NCBI GenBank assembly: GCA_023132915.1
Contig: JAGLXM010000283.1
Span: 1 to 47,164 of the forward strand
Source of the DNA: Candidatus Bipolaricaulota bacterium
Lineage (GTDB): Bacteria > Bipolaricaulota > Bipolaricaulia > UBA7950 > UBA9294
Length of the DNA stretch: 47,164 nucleotides
Reading direction: 5' to 3'
Within the stretch, counting starts at the first letter, position 1. Each line of letters opens with the position of its first letter. The position numbers and the translations under genes were made by a program. Below, one piece after another: positions 18,128 to 27,503 of the stretch. The notes beneath the pieces were generated by a model. That model saw only the letters and a program-made list of their open reading frames with translations. It did not search any database and was not told where the DNA came from.

Positions 18128-19251
18128 GAGGTACCTCCTATAAGCTTCTCTACTGGCCGGTAGTCAATCCGTTCACCATATCGGTCTGAAGCGAACGCTC
18201 GGGCACCAGCCTCTGTTTCCAGCGCCTCCCGAAGTCGAGGATGGCACGGAACAGCCACTAAGAGAAGTTCGCGTCCCTCTTTGATGTCGGGGGTCATCAC
18301 ACCTTTGTTCGTGTCAGGGTCAAGGAGCAGTATAAGATCGGGGAAGATTACGATGGGACGTCCGTCAAGGCGAGCACACATCACCTCATTTTTGATCGTG
18401 AGATCTACAGTACGCCCTTTAAAACCGCCCGATCCCTTGACACGCACGTGGGCAAAATAGAAACCACCTCGGTTTTCTCCATTAATAACAGTTACCTTTC
18501 CCCATAACAACGGGAATCCTTCAAGGTGTTCGCTGAGACTTGCCAACTTATCTCCAGGTTGCCCAGTCAACGAAGTAACAAAGCCTCCAAGATCAATTGC
18601 TTTCGTGATCGTATTTGGGATCACAGATCGCTTAAGTTCTGCACCACTCATAGGGTAGTGCGAATTGGCCATCAATCCTCGCTTTGTTGATACCACAAAC
18701 CGGCCAACCTCGTCTGGGAAAAAGATGTCGTTACTCTCCTTTACAATTACAACGGTGCCCTTGGAGTCGACAAGTGGCATGGGCGTGAGTTTAACTCCGT
18801 GCCCAATAAAGCTAGTCATCTGTGTCTCCGGTGCGGCACGTCCCAGGGCATCCCCATCAACCACGGGGATTCCCAGCCGAGCTCCAGCAGAGAGGATTAC
18901 CGGTGTGTTTCCACCGCCCATTTCAAAAGGCACAAGATAATCGATGCGTCGGCCAATAAGTGTTTCCATCTCGCGTAAAGCGCATTCTAATTCAAAGCTG
19001 TGTTCCCACTCATCGACGACCCGATCAAGTGCTCTGTCCTCTGCGACCGATCCCAGGTACCCTCCACTCACCACCAAAGCATCCTCTCCCACCTCTTCAG
19101 GATTCACAAGCTGGTACACTCGACCTTTCGCCAAATCCGCATCGATGATGCTTGCCCCCCATGTATCAGGATCACCTCCTCCTCCTGTGCCCAGAATGCC
19201 CAACCCTCTTAGCATCCATTCGAGTTCTTTGCGTTCGCTGAATTTCCGCAT
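18124..19251 (-). CDS. DUF917-family protein
   Basis: GILGTGGGGDP, EMGGGN, VVDGDALGRAAPE, KNE, FPDLI. Confidence 0.88.
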   Translation of the reverse strand: MRKFSERKELEWMLRGLGILGTGGGGDPDTWGASIIDADLAKGRVYQLVNPEEVGEDALVVSGGYLGSVAEDRALDRVVDEWEHSFELECALREMETLIGRRIDYLVPFEMGGGNTPVILSAGARLGIPVVDGDALGRAAPETQMTSFIGHGVKLTPMPLVDSKGTVVIVKESNDIFFPDEVGRFVVSTKRGLMANSHYPMSGAELKRSVIPNTITKAIDLGGFVTSLTGQPGDKLASLSEHLEGFPLLWGKVTVINGENRGGFYFAHVRVKGSGGFKGRTVDLTIKNEVMCARLDGRPIVIFPDLILLLDPDTNKGVMTPDIKEGRELLLVAVPCHPRLREALETEAGARAFASDRYGERIDYRPVEKLIGGTS

Positions 19252-19261
19252 CCAAACCTCC

Positions 19262-19927
19262 TTATCCGATCTTTACCAAATTCAGATCCTCCACACTTTG
19301 CTTGCCCTCATGAAGGAGCTTTGCTGTATATGCCACCCTTTGCCCAACCCTCCTTGCTGCTTCTAGACCTATGGAATCTTTATACACGGCTTCCCGGGTA
19401 TCTTCCTCCATCTGCCATGCTGCCCCACCAATATAGTCCCCTCCAACGCAGACAAACCCACTACTGAGAAACCAATGCAATATATTTGAGAGGGCGTGTT
19501 CCACGCCTCCGTGGCGATGAAAGCCAATTGCCACTGCTCCCGCTGCTGTCTTTGTCCAATCCGGGGGAGGAAAAGGGAACTCCTTGTCCCATAGCTGTGT
19601 GAACAAGCAGGTGCACCGCTCGAAAAACGCTCGTAGAATAGACGGCACATTAAAAAAATAGACGGGCGATCCGATGATTACTCCATCGGGAGGAGGATCG
19701 ATAAGGGCGTTGGTCAATTCCCTCCAGTCGTCCTTTTTCCAACAGTAGCTCTTTTGTTGTACACAGTAGTCACAGTCAATGCAAGGCTCAATCCGCTTTC
19801 CTGCAAAAGAGAGAAACTCGACCTCAACTTCAAACGGAAATTCCTGAGCTGCCTGGAGTGCCTCTTTAACAAGGATCTCTGTGTTCCCGTGCCGAGGACT
19901 TGCCGCAATACCTAATACTCTAACCAC
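19262..19927 (-). CDS. Flavodoxin-like iron-sulfur flavoprotein (FMN reductase family)
   Basis: ASPRHGNT, PCIDCDYC...C, GSPVYF, RHGGVE. Confidence 0.85.
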   Translation of the reverse strand: MVRVLGIAASPRHGNTEILVKEALQAAQEFPFEVEVEFLSFAGKRIEPCIDCDYCVQQKSYCWKKDDWRELTNALIDPPPDGVIIGSPVYFFNVPSILRAFFERCTCLFTQLWDKEFPFPPPDWTKTAAGAVAIGFHRHGGVEHALSNILHWFLSSGFVCVGGDYIGGAAWQMEEDTREAVYKDSIGLEAARRVGQRVAYTAKLLHEGKQSVEDLNLVKIG

Positions 19928-19962
19928 AAGCGTCTCCTTTATTCCTCAAATTTCTTATGATC

Positions 19963-20232
19963 TTACGGACAGGATGATACACAAATCCTACATCTTATAC
20001 GCTTCTTCTCATCTAGTGCTATTGTATACGTAGCCCTATCTCTTGATAATGTGTGCATCAGGCAGCTATCAATGCAGCAGGGAGCTTCTGCATGCCGTAT
20101 ACATATCATTTCGTTCTTTTCATCCATTTTTATTCTCGAACTTTTTCGCTTAATACACCTATATAAACACTTCATCATCTAATTTAGACAACTAGCACAT
20201 CTGTTGCTGTCTGCGGCTAAACACTTGGATAT
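19963..20232 (-). pseudogene. Decayed 4Fe-4S ferredoxin subunit
   Basis: SD AAGGGAG then ATA; DSNRCASCLN-TAG-MMKC, ICIRHAEAPCCIDSC, EKKRIRCRICVSSCP-stop. Cys motifs eroded, internal stop at 20181-20179, truncated. Confidence 0.7.
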
Positions 20233-20279
20233 TTCTCTCCCTTATTCTGGAACAAACATGCGGTACATCCTACTTCTCG

Positions 20280-21056
20280 CTACCAAAGGCCATCTACTCC
20301 ATATTGCTCCTGCAGCTTCCAACTAAGAATCTGATTATTTGGGGGTCGCTCGTAATCGCCTCTTTTACTATGTCCCCAACCAAAGCGCTTCTTCAATTCA
20401 CATAAAAACTCGGCATACTTGAAAGCTGCTATTATTGGATCGATGACGGGTACCTTTAAGCTTGACTGGAGATCTTGGAAAAAGCCGTATTCCATTGTGC
20501 AACCAGGAATAATCACTTCTGCTAAATCTTCTTCCACAGCTTCCCGAGCAGCCTGGTGCATTCTTCCCATAGTGCGGGCCTTATCCGCCTGCATTTCACT
20601 GACTCTTAAATTAATAGATTTGAAAGAACTTAACCTCAGCTCCATGCCATAATTTCTCACGTTCTCCGCCATTTGAAGAATCCATTTCTCTCGCCCAATA
20701 ATGATAGAGAACTTACTTCCCAAGGTGGCTGCAAGATGCATGGAGGCTTCTGCGGGCGCTACAATTACTATGTCAGCTATTTCTCTTGCCGCTTGTAGCC
20801 CTGGATCATAAAAGCACCCAATAATGGCTGCATCGTACCCCTCTTTTTCCGCCTCTTTGATTTTATGCAAGATATCTGGAATCACCAAGGCTTCATAATA
20901 ACGGTATTCCAAATCGCGGGGCCCTCTACCCGTGGAGACGATCTTAACTTCTGTCCCTTTGCGCTTTCCTTTCTCAAGCAATGCTTCAAACTGCCGATTA
21001 AGGCCATCCAGAGGCAAGCCAGGGTTAATCCATAGAATTCGGTCCTGTACAGTCAT
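20280..21056 (-). CDS. Asp/Glu/hydantoin racemase family protein
   Basis: ILWINP, IIGCFYDPG, IIPGCT, PVIDP; both catalytic Cys present. Confidence 0.88.
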   Translation of the reverse strand: MTVQDRILWINPGLPLDGLNRQFEALLEKGKRKGTEVKIVSTGRGPRDLEYRYYEALVIPDILHKIKEAEKEGYDAAIIGCFYDPGLQAAREIADIVIVAPAEASMHLAATLGSKFSIIIGREKWILQMAENVRNYGMELRLSSFKSINLRVSEMQADKARTMGRMHQAAREAVEEDLAEVIIPGCTMEYGFFQDLQSSLKVPVIDPIIAAFKYAEFLCELKKRFGWGHSKRGDYERPPNNQILSWKLQEQYGVDGLW

Positions 21057-21082
21057 TCTTGCTCCTTAACACTATAGATACG

Positions 21083-22108
21083 TTAGAAACTTTCTATTAT
21101 CTTCGTTAGCTTCGGGTGAACGAACACGCCCTCCTTCTCAATCAATTCTCCATCGAGCTTCACTGTGCCATTGAGCATTACTCCATCAGTATGTCCGGTC
21201 ACTGCCTCACAGGGGTTGACCTCAAATATTCCCAGATGAGGGGGCTGAGCTCCTATACCAACTTCTAGACAGCCGAACACTCTTTCATCTTCCAGAATGT
21301 TTCCGGTGAGTAGTGCCTCTGGGTTCAGGCCATAAGAAAGGTGCGCTAGTTTGTAGATACTCGGATTCTTCCAGCTTTCGAACCAGCGTTGTAATGCCGT
21401 GGCTTCGCTACCTCCGTTAATTGCAGTAACTACTCCTTGCTTGACACTCAGCTTGATCGGCGTGTTGATTAGGCCAATCTTCTCTGGAGGCCAGACGGAT
21501 CCATCGAAGACTAGCGTCCCATCAATCGTCTGGGGGTCTGGATACCAGGAAACCTGACCTCCCGGATACGTCTGTTCCCCCGCCCCAAAGATCCTCTTCG
21601 ATGCGTGGTCAATCCGCTTCCCTTCGATATTGCATGTCAACTTTGTGCCAGCCGGGGTTGTCATCTCCATCTGACTAGCGGCTTCGAGTATTTCGGTCAT
21701 CGCGTTGCCTAACTCTAGGACCTTCGCATAGTGGTCGATGTTCCCGATAATGCGCTTTAGGATCGGGGAAGTAATCATGGTAAGGCAGGCAAAACGTGCT
21801 CCCGCATTGAGCGCGGACAGGAGAGCACGGGTATGGATCAAGTACATCCACGATAGCTCGATTAGGACATCCACCGTCTTCATCGCCTCTGCTAAAGGGG
21901 CAGGAGGTTCGGTGTCCGGCCGCAGGCTGGTCTCATATCTGAACAACGATACTATCCCGCCTGCCACGTGAGCTGCTTCCGCAATCGAGTCGGAAACTGC
22001 ATCCTCCACAAGTGTGTCCGCATAGATCAATACGTTTTCACCCTTTTTGATGTTGCACATGTACTCGGCCACTGTCTTTGCTGCTGATTTCAATTCCCAG
22101 TCAGACAT
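21083..22108 (-). CDS. M29/aminopeptidase-T-like metallohydrolase
   Basis: KKGENVLI, TPAGTKL, PGGQV, DGTLVFDGS, HLSYGLNP, LEDER, HTDG; SD GAGGAGG before ATG 22108. Confidence 0.75.
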   Translation of the reverse strand: MSDWELKSAAKTVAEYMCNIKKGENVLIYADTLVEDAVSDSIAEAAHVAGGIVSLFRYETSLRPDTEPPAPLAEAMKTVDVLIELSWMYLIHTRALLSALNAGARFACLTMITSPILKRIIGNIDHYAKVLELGNAMTEILEAASQMEMTTPAGTKLTCNIEGKRIDHASKRIFGAGEQTYPGGQVSWYPDPQTIDGTLVFDGSVWPPEKIGLINTPIKLSVKQGVVTAINGGSEATALQRWFESWKNPSIYKLAHLSYGLNPEALLTGNILEDERVFGCLEVGIGAQPPHLGIFEVNPCEAVTGHTDGVMLNGTVKLDGELIEKEGVFVHPKLTKIIESF

Positions 22109-22165
22109 CCAATTCAACCTCCTCGTTCAATAATAAAGTCAAAATCCTCTCCAGATCATGCTCAC

Positions 22166-23005
22166 CTACTGCCTTTGGCCACTAGTGTTCTTCAACTTGC
22201 GGGGAACACCTGGTTTCTTGGTGAAAGCTGCTTCCCCTGACGCAGCGAGCAAGTCTGCCGTCGTTACGTTACTCTTACCAGCTGCCTTGTTGCGAAGAAT
22301 TGTAATGGAACCTGTAATATGATTTGAATCATCAGATAATAAAAAAATAGCAAATTCAGCAACATCAGAAGTCTTTAAGCAACATTTCGGATCAGAATTA
22401 GGGAAGAACTTACAGTAATTTTCACTTAAAGTGTCAGCAGGTGCAATACAATTAACCTGGATTTCGTAATCCCGAACCTCTTCCGCTAATCCAACTGTGA
22501 AGTCTTCGAGTGCCTTCTTGGAAACATAGTAGTGGATCCAGCCTGATGGATCTCTAATCTCTCCAGAAATATTAAGTATCTTCCCGCTCTTCTGTTGAAT
22601 CATTCCAGGAAGAACCAGCCGACTGAGGAGTATAGGGGCGCGCAACTGAACGTCGAGAACAAGATTGATCTCTTCAGGCGGAGTGTCTTGCAACGCAGAA
22701 CCAAGATAAAGGCTGTCCTTACCATGCCATACGCCTGCTACGTTTACTAGTATATCAACGCTTCCCCAGGTTTCCGCAACGTCCGCCCATAGCGCGTTGA
22801 TGGCGTCCTCGCTAGTAAGATCAGTAGGGAAGATCCTGGCTTCCCCACCTAATCCGCGGATTGATTCGCGCGTCTCCTTTAAACCCTTGATTGACCGCGC
22901 AACTAGGCCAACTCGTCCACCGTGAGCAGCGATCGCTACTGCAATAGCCCGGCCAATCCCGGTACTTGCTCCCGTAACTAGTGCGGCCTTACCCTTCAAC
23001 TTCAT
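22166..23005 (-). CDS. Short-chain dehydrogenase/reductase
   Basis: TGASTGIG, LVNVAG, YYVSK (YxxxK), VNCIAP. Confidence 0.9.
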   Translation of the reverse strand: MKLKGKAALVTGASTGIGRAIAVAIAAHGGRVGLVARSIKGLKETRESIRGLGGEARIFPTDLTSEDAINALWADVAETWGSVDILVNVAGVWHGKDSLYLGSALQDTPPEEINLVLDVQLRAPILLSRLVLPGMIQQKSGKILNISGEIRDPSGWIHYYVSKKALEDFTVGLAEEVRDYEIQVNCIAPADTLSENYCKFFPNSDPKCCLKTSDVAEFAIFLLSDDSNHITGSITILRNKAAGKSNVTTADLLAASGEAAFTKKPGVPRKLKNTSGQRQ

Positions 23006-23247
23006 GTCCCCTCCTCATTATTGTACGCCAGACCCCAAGGCAAATCCTTTGAGCCATACTACTTCTTTAACCAAGGCAACAATTTCTATCCCTTTGCTTT
23101 GCAAGACCCATCACATCCCTTCCACTTCAGAGAGGCCTCAACGCAACTTTAGAGGATGACCTGCACATTTAGGCATCCTTATCTGTGGTGTCGTACTGAC
23201 TGTAGCAGCACGGCCTTCTACATCTCTCTTCCAACAACTACCTTTGC

Positions 23248-24723
23248 TCATGCTTCGATGTGCGGTCCCAAAGCGTCGCCCATCGCCTTATCTAGGCCAA
23301 CCCTTTGCCAAACGGTTTTCATCTCTTTTACTTGATCCGCACTGAGTGGAAGAGGCGAATGACTTGCCAGAATCTCCTTCACCCGTGTTGCGGCCTGCTT
23401 AAACAAGATCTCTTCACCAGTTGTCGATGGTTGTTCCCTTTGCCAAAGCTTTGAGAGATACAGTTCCTTTCTGAAATTATCAGTGGTATGCCGTGAGGTA
23501 AGATAGTTTCCTGCTGGTCCGATCTGTTCGATTACATCCAAGGCCAGACTATTATCGTTTACAGCGATCCCCTTCAGAAAGTGCCGGAGCATGGTGCAGA
23601 GCTCATTGTCGAGAATCATCTGTTCGTAGCTGACAACCCTTCCCGAAGCTAAGATTCCCGACACCGCGTCATGAATCACCTCTACTCCTCCTAAAGCCCC
23701 CAAAAGGGCTGTGAAACTTTTTTCAAAACCAGCTTGAACCCCCGGCAAGAAGGAGTCCGTAACCCCTCCAGTCCCATAACCAAAAGGGATGTGGTAGTGT
23801 TTACATACTTGTGCAGTAGCCATATTTATCAAAGGAAGTTCTGGTATGCCCAAAAGTTGTTTTCCCGTTCTCGCATCCATGGGACTTGTAAATGAGCCGT
23901 AGACTATAGGGGCACCTGGGGATATACTTTGTGCTAGCGTGATTCCCGCCAAAATTTCAGCATTTTGTACGACTAGAGCACCAGCAAGTGTTATAGGGGC
24001 AGAAACCCCTCCTACTATCCCGCTCACAATTAGAAAGGGTATATTCCGTTTCACGGCTCTCCTCATCGTAACGGTTGAGTATAAAGCGTATCTCAAAGGA
24101 GATATGGGGGTGCAACCGAGTGAGTATGCGGGCACACCGTGGGAACCGTCTCGATCGGAGACAATTTCTCCTAATGTGATTACTTCATCGAGATATTCTG
24201 CGTTATATGTGCTTAAATGCCCATGTTTTCCCGTATTGCTGAGGAGGATGAAAGCCTGGGCGACATCCGATAACTCAGGTGGAACGTCTTGAGCGGTCAC
24301 TTGGTGCTGACAATAGTCCACATTGTCAAGATAGTCAGCTAAAACAGTGAGGTCCTTCATGTCCTTTGCTGTCGCGTTTCGATATGTCTTTGTTTCGTAG
24401 TCCAGTACTTGCGACGCTCCAAAGCCATTCGTGGTTAGCATGCGGCCGTGCCCCAACGTGATACTCTTTTCTGGATCTCGGGCACCAAGAACAACATGTA
24501 GGGGAGCTTTCTCTATCGACTCATTGATGAGCTCGGCCGGAAATTTGACGAGTTCTCCCTGCACGCTGGCTCCTGCTTTCCGCAAGATGTCCCGAGCGGA
24601 TCGATCCTCAAACACGACTCCAACCTGACCGAGCACATACAATGTCGCTTCATGGATTCGCTCTAACTCTTCTTCCGATAGAACGTTGGCCCTACCAAAC
24701 AGTCTTTCCTTATTTTCGTTCAT
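23248..24723 (-). CDS. Trimethylamine methyltransferase (MttB) family, non-pyrrolysine
   Basis: IHEATLYVLGQVGV, ISPLRY, APITLAGALVVQNAEILAG, PGAPIVYG, QAGFEK, SYEQMILDNE, GPAGNYL; no in-frame TAG. Confidence 0.88.
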   Translation of the reverse strand: MNENKERLFGRANVLSEEELERIHEATLYVLGQVGVVFEDRSARDILRKAGASVQGELVKFPAELINESIEKAPLHVVLGARDPEKSITLGHGRMLTTNGFGASQVLDYETKTYRNATAKDMKDLTVLADYLDNVDYCQHQVTAQDVPPELSDVAQAFILLSNTGKHGHLSTYNAEYLDEVITLGEIVSDRDGSHGVPAYSLGCTPISPLRYALYSTVTMRRAVKRNIPFLIVSGIVGGVSAPITLAGALVVQNAEILAGITLAQSISPGAPIVYGSFTSPMDARTGKQLLGIPELPLINMATAQVCKHYHIPFGYGTGGVTDSFLPGVQAGFEKSFTALLGALGGVEVIHDAVSGILASGRVVSYEQMILDNELCTMLRHFLKGIAVNDNSLALDVIEQIGPAGNYLTSRHTTDNFRKELYLSKLWQREQPSTTGEEILFKQAATRVKEILASHSPLPLSADQVKEMKTVWQRVGLDKAMGDALGPHIEA

Positions 24724-24780
24724 CCGCACTCCCTCCTTATGTGCAATTGCTGGTTACCCTTCGCCTGGCAACATTCAATG

Positions 24781-25728
24781 TCATGCCCTTGTCAGACTAC
24801 GTGGGTCGAGGATGTCCCGGATCCCATCGCCCAAGAGATTGAACCCCAACCCCAACAGGAAGATGGCTGCTCCAGGGAAGGAGGCCATCCACCACCAGGA
24901 TGGCATGTACGTTCTGCCGATGCTGACCATCATGCCCCACTCCACCTGGGGTGGTTGAACTCCCAAACCAAGGAATCCCATTGCAGCGACGGCCAATATC
25001 GCCCTTCCAATCTGTAAGGATACCTGAACGATAATGATGTTCAGCGTGTTTGGAAGCACGTGAGCAAAAAGTATCCGTCGATTGGAAGCGCCTAATGCCC
25101 TCGCAGCTTCGACGAAGAATTTCTCTCTTATTTGGATCACCTCTCCCCTAACGACCCGTGCATACCAAGGCCACCAAGGGAGGGAGATCGCCAGTATGAG
25201 CTTAATTGGGCCTCGGCCTGTTGCCACGACGATTGCGATGACAAGAAGCATGTATGGAATCGCCATCATGATATCACCGACCCGCATAATGATTTCGTCC
25301 ACCTTGCCCCCAAAGTACCCGGCCAAGCAGCCTAGGATGATCCCTACCATTCCGGTGAAGAGAGTGACGGCAAGACCCAGTCCCAAAGAAAGCCGCGTTC
25401 CATAGATGATTCGGCTTAGTATGTCCCTACCCAGATCGTCCGTTCCCAGAAGATGGCTTGAGCTTGGCGGTTGGAGCTTGTCGTTGAGGTTCATCGCCTG
25501 GCCGGTGGCATCGGCAGGATACGGAGCAAGAAAGGGAGCGCACAGTGCCATGATTACGAAGACTGACACAATGGTAATACCGATCATGGTCAGAGGAGAC
25601 CGGCGAGCTATGCGCCAGACCTGTTGTCGTCTTGATAGCGACCGCAGGGCCTGATTGCCCCATTTCCGTTTATCGTCGTCGATCTGACTCTGAATCTTTC
25701 TGCAGAACTTCTCTTCATTTTGTTGCAC
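24781..25728 (-). CDS. ABC transporter permease (DppC/OppC type)
   Basis: HLLGTDDLGRDILSRIIYG, FVEAARALGAS, LGFNLLGDGIRD; GTG start after SD AGGAGG. Confidence 0.92.
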   Translation of the reverse strand: MQQNEEKFCRKIQSQIDDDKRKWGNQALRSLSRRQQVWRIARRSPLTMIGITIVSVFVIMALCAPFLAPYPADATGQAMNLNDKLQPPSSSHLLGTDDLGRDILSRIIYGTRLSLGLGLAVTLFTGMVGIILGCLAGYFGGKVDEIIMRVGDIMMAIPYMLLVIAIVVATGRGPIKLILAISLPWWPWYARVVRGEVIQIREKFFVEAARALGASNRRILFAHVLPNTLNIIIVQVSLQIGRAILAVAAMGFLGLGVQPPQVEWGMMVSIGRTYMPSWWWMASFPGAAIFLLGLGFNLLGDGIRDILDPRSLTRA

Positions 25729-25739
25729 AGATACCCTCC

Positions 25740-26762
25740 TTAGTTGTATCGCACCGTTGGGTTGACGACGGCGCAAAGCATGTCGGCCAACAGGTTGAGA
25801 AAGATGACGATCGTGGCACCGAGGATCGTCACTCCCATAATGGCGGGGAAATCCAGCCGAAAGATGGCTTGGACGACATACCGGCCTAACCCAGGCCAGG
25901 AGAAGATAAGCTCCACCAACACGGTCCCACCAAGTAGGAACCCATAGACCATGCCAATTATCATCAAAACCGGGATGAGGGTGTTTCTCAACGCGTGTTT
26001 GACGATTAGCTTAAATGTGCTGACGCCGGTGGCTCTCGCTGTCCTGATGTAATCCTGATACAGGACGTTAATCATTGCAGCACGGGAGATCCGCGTGACT
26101 TGAGCGACGTAGCAGAACGTCAGAGTAACCACCGGTAGTACAAGATGAAGCAGTGCGGATCCGAAGACAGCCCAATTTCGCTGTAGGGCGCTGTCTAACA
26201 GGTACAACCCCGTGATGGGCTTCAACGGATGATTGATTAGTGCGCCGATCGATGCACGACCATCGATCGGGAAACCAATGAAGATGGAAGCGAAAAGGAG
26301 TTGCAGAATTATGGCAAACCAGAACTCAGGCATGGAAATACCGGAGAGAGTGATCACTCGAATCGCATGGTCGAGTAACGTGTCTCTCTTAACCGCAGAC
26401 AAGACGCCGGTTAATATGCCAAATAAAATAATGAGAACTAACGAGATGGTAACCAGTTCCAACGTTGCAGGAAAGTACGCCTTGAGATCCTCGATCACCG
26501 GACGCTTCGAGATGATCGATCTTCCCATGTCTAGTTTCAGGAATAGCCGCTCTACGTATATAGCAAATTGTTCATACAGTGGTTTATCGAGTCCCATTTC
26601 TTCGCGGATGTGTTCTACAACCTTTGGATCCGCAATTCTGCCAGCGGCGATGACTGCTGGGTCACCAGGAACGATATGGGACAGTGTGAACGTGATCACC
26701 ACCACCCCGAATAGTGAGAAAATGGCGAGGCTCAGGCGTCTCAGCAAGTAATGTCCGCTCAT
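25740..26762 (-). CDS. ABC transporter permease (DppB/OppB type)
   Basis: PGDPA, GLDKPL, FPATLEL, DYIRTARATG, FSWPGLG. Confidence 0.92.
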   Translation of the reverse strand: MSGHYLLRRLSLAIFSLFGVVVITFTLSHIVPGDPAVIAAGRIADPKVVEHIREEMGLDKPLYEQFAIYVERLFLKLDMGRSIISKRPVIEDLKAYFPATLELVTISLVLIILFGILTGVLSAVKRDTLLDHAIRVITLSGISMPEFWFAIILQLLFASIFIGFPIDGRASIGALINHPLKPITGLYLLDSALQRNWAVFGSALLHLVLPVVTLTFCYVAQVTRISRAAMINVLYQDYIRTARATGVSTFKLIVKHALRNTLIPVLMIIGMVYGFLLGGTVLVELIFSWPGLGRYVVQAIFRLDFPAIMGVTILGATIVIFLNLLADMLCAVVNPTVRYN

Positions 26763-26792
26763 CAGTACATCCTCATAGTCGATTCACACTCC

Positions 26793-27482
26793 TCATTGCT
26801 CGGCATCCGTTTCCGAGAGAGCCCTCCTCGCGGGCCCAAACGGCGCGGTGGAGTCCGTCAACAGCGCCTTGGTTACCCTCACTGCCGCCCCTGCGTCTCG
26901 TGCATACCCATCGGCCCCGATTTCACGGGCGTACTCTTCCGATACAGGTGCCCCCCCGATCAGCACCTTGACCCGCTCTCTGAGGTCGGCTTTCTTGAGA
27001 GCATCGATGACCTTAGACATCGCGGGCATAGTTGATGTTAGCAATGCCGACATACCGAGAATATCTGGCTGCTTTTCTCTCACCGCTGTCACGAACCCGT
27101 CCGCTGGAACATCGACTCCTAGGCGATGAACTTCGAATCCAGTCCCTTCGAGCATCATGGCTACCAGGTTAATACCGATATCATGTAGATCGCCCTCGAC
27201 AGTGCCGATCACTATCACCCCCTTCGAGACGACTTTGGTTATAGTTAACCTAGGCCGCAACCTGTCCACCGCGCTTTTCATAGCATCGGCGGACAGAAGC
27301 ATCTCCGGAATATAGCGGACTCCTCGCTCGTATTCCTCACCTACCATATCCATGGCTGGGCGGAGCGCTCGGTCGAGAATCGCCTCGGGCTCGTGCATCT
27401 TGAGCGCTTCCTCTGTCAGCTCGGCAGCCAGCTGTTCATCGGCATCGATCACGCTCTGATAAAGCTGTTCTAGTAGTCCCAT
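26793..27482 (-). CDS. Corrinoid (B12-binding) methyltransferase protein, MttC/MtaC type
   Basis: GTVEGDLHDIG (DxHxxG), SALLT, IGGAP, IGADGY. Confidence 0.92.
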   Translation of the reverse strand: MGLLEQLYQSVIDADEQLAAELTEEALKMHEPEAILDRALRPAMDMVGEEYERGVRYIPEMLLSADAMKSAVDRLRPRLTITKVVSKGVIVIGTVEGDLHDIGINLVAMMLEGTGFEVHRLGVDVPADGFVTAVREKQPDILGMSALLTSTMPAMSKVIDALKKADLRERVKVLIGGAPVSEEYAREIGADGYARDAGAAVRVTKALLTDSTAPFGPARRALSETDAEQ

Positions 27483-27503
27483 TAACCTCTCACTCCTCCT
27501 CAG

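Noticed and set aside
20179-20181. In-frame TAG as pyrrolysine recoding
   Set aside because: It replaces a cluster Cys in a gene that has also lost its start and other Cys residues; the MttB homologue has no amber codon and no pyl genes are in view.
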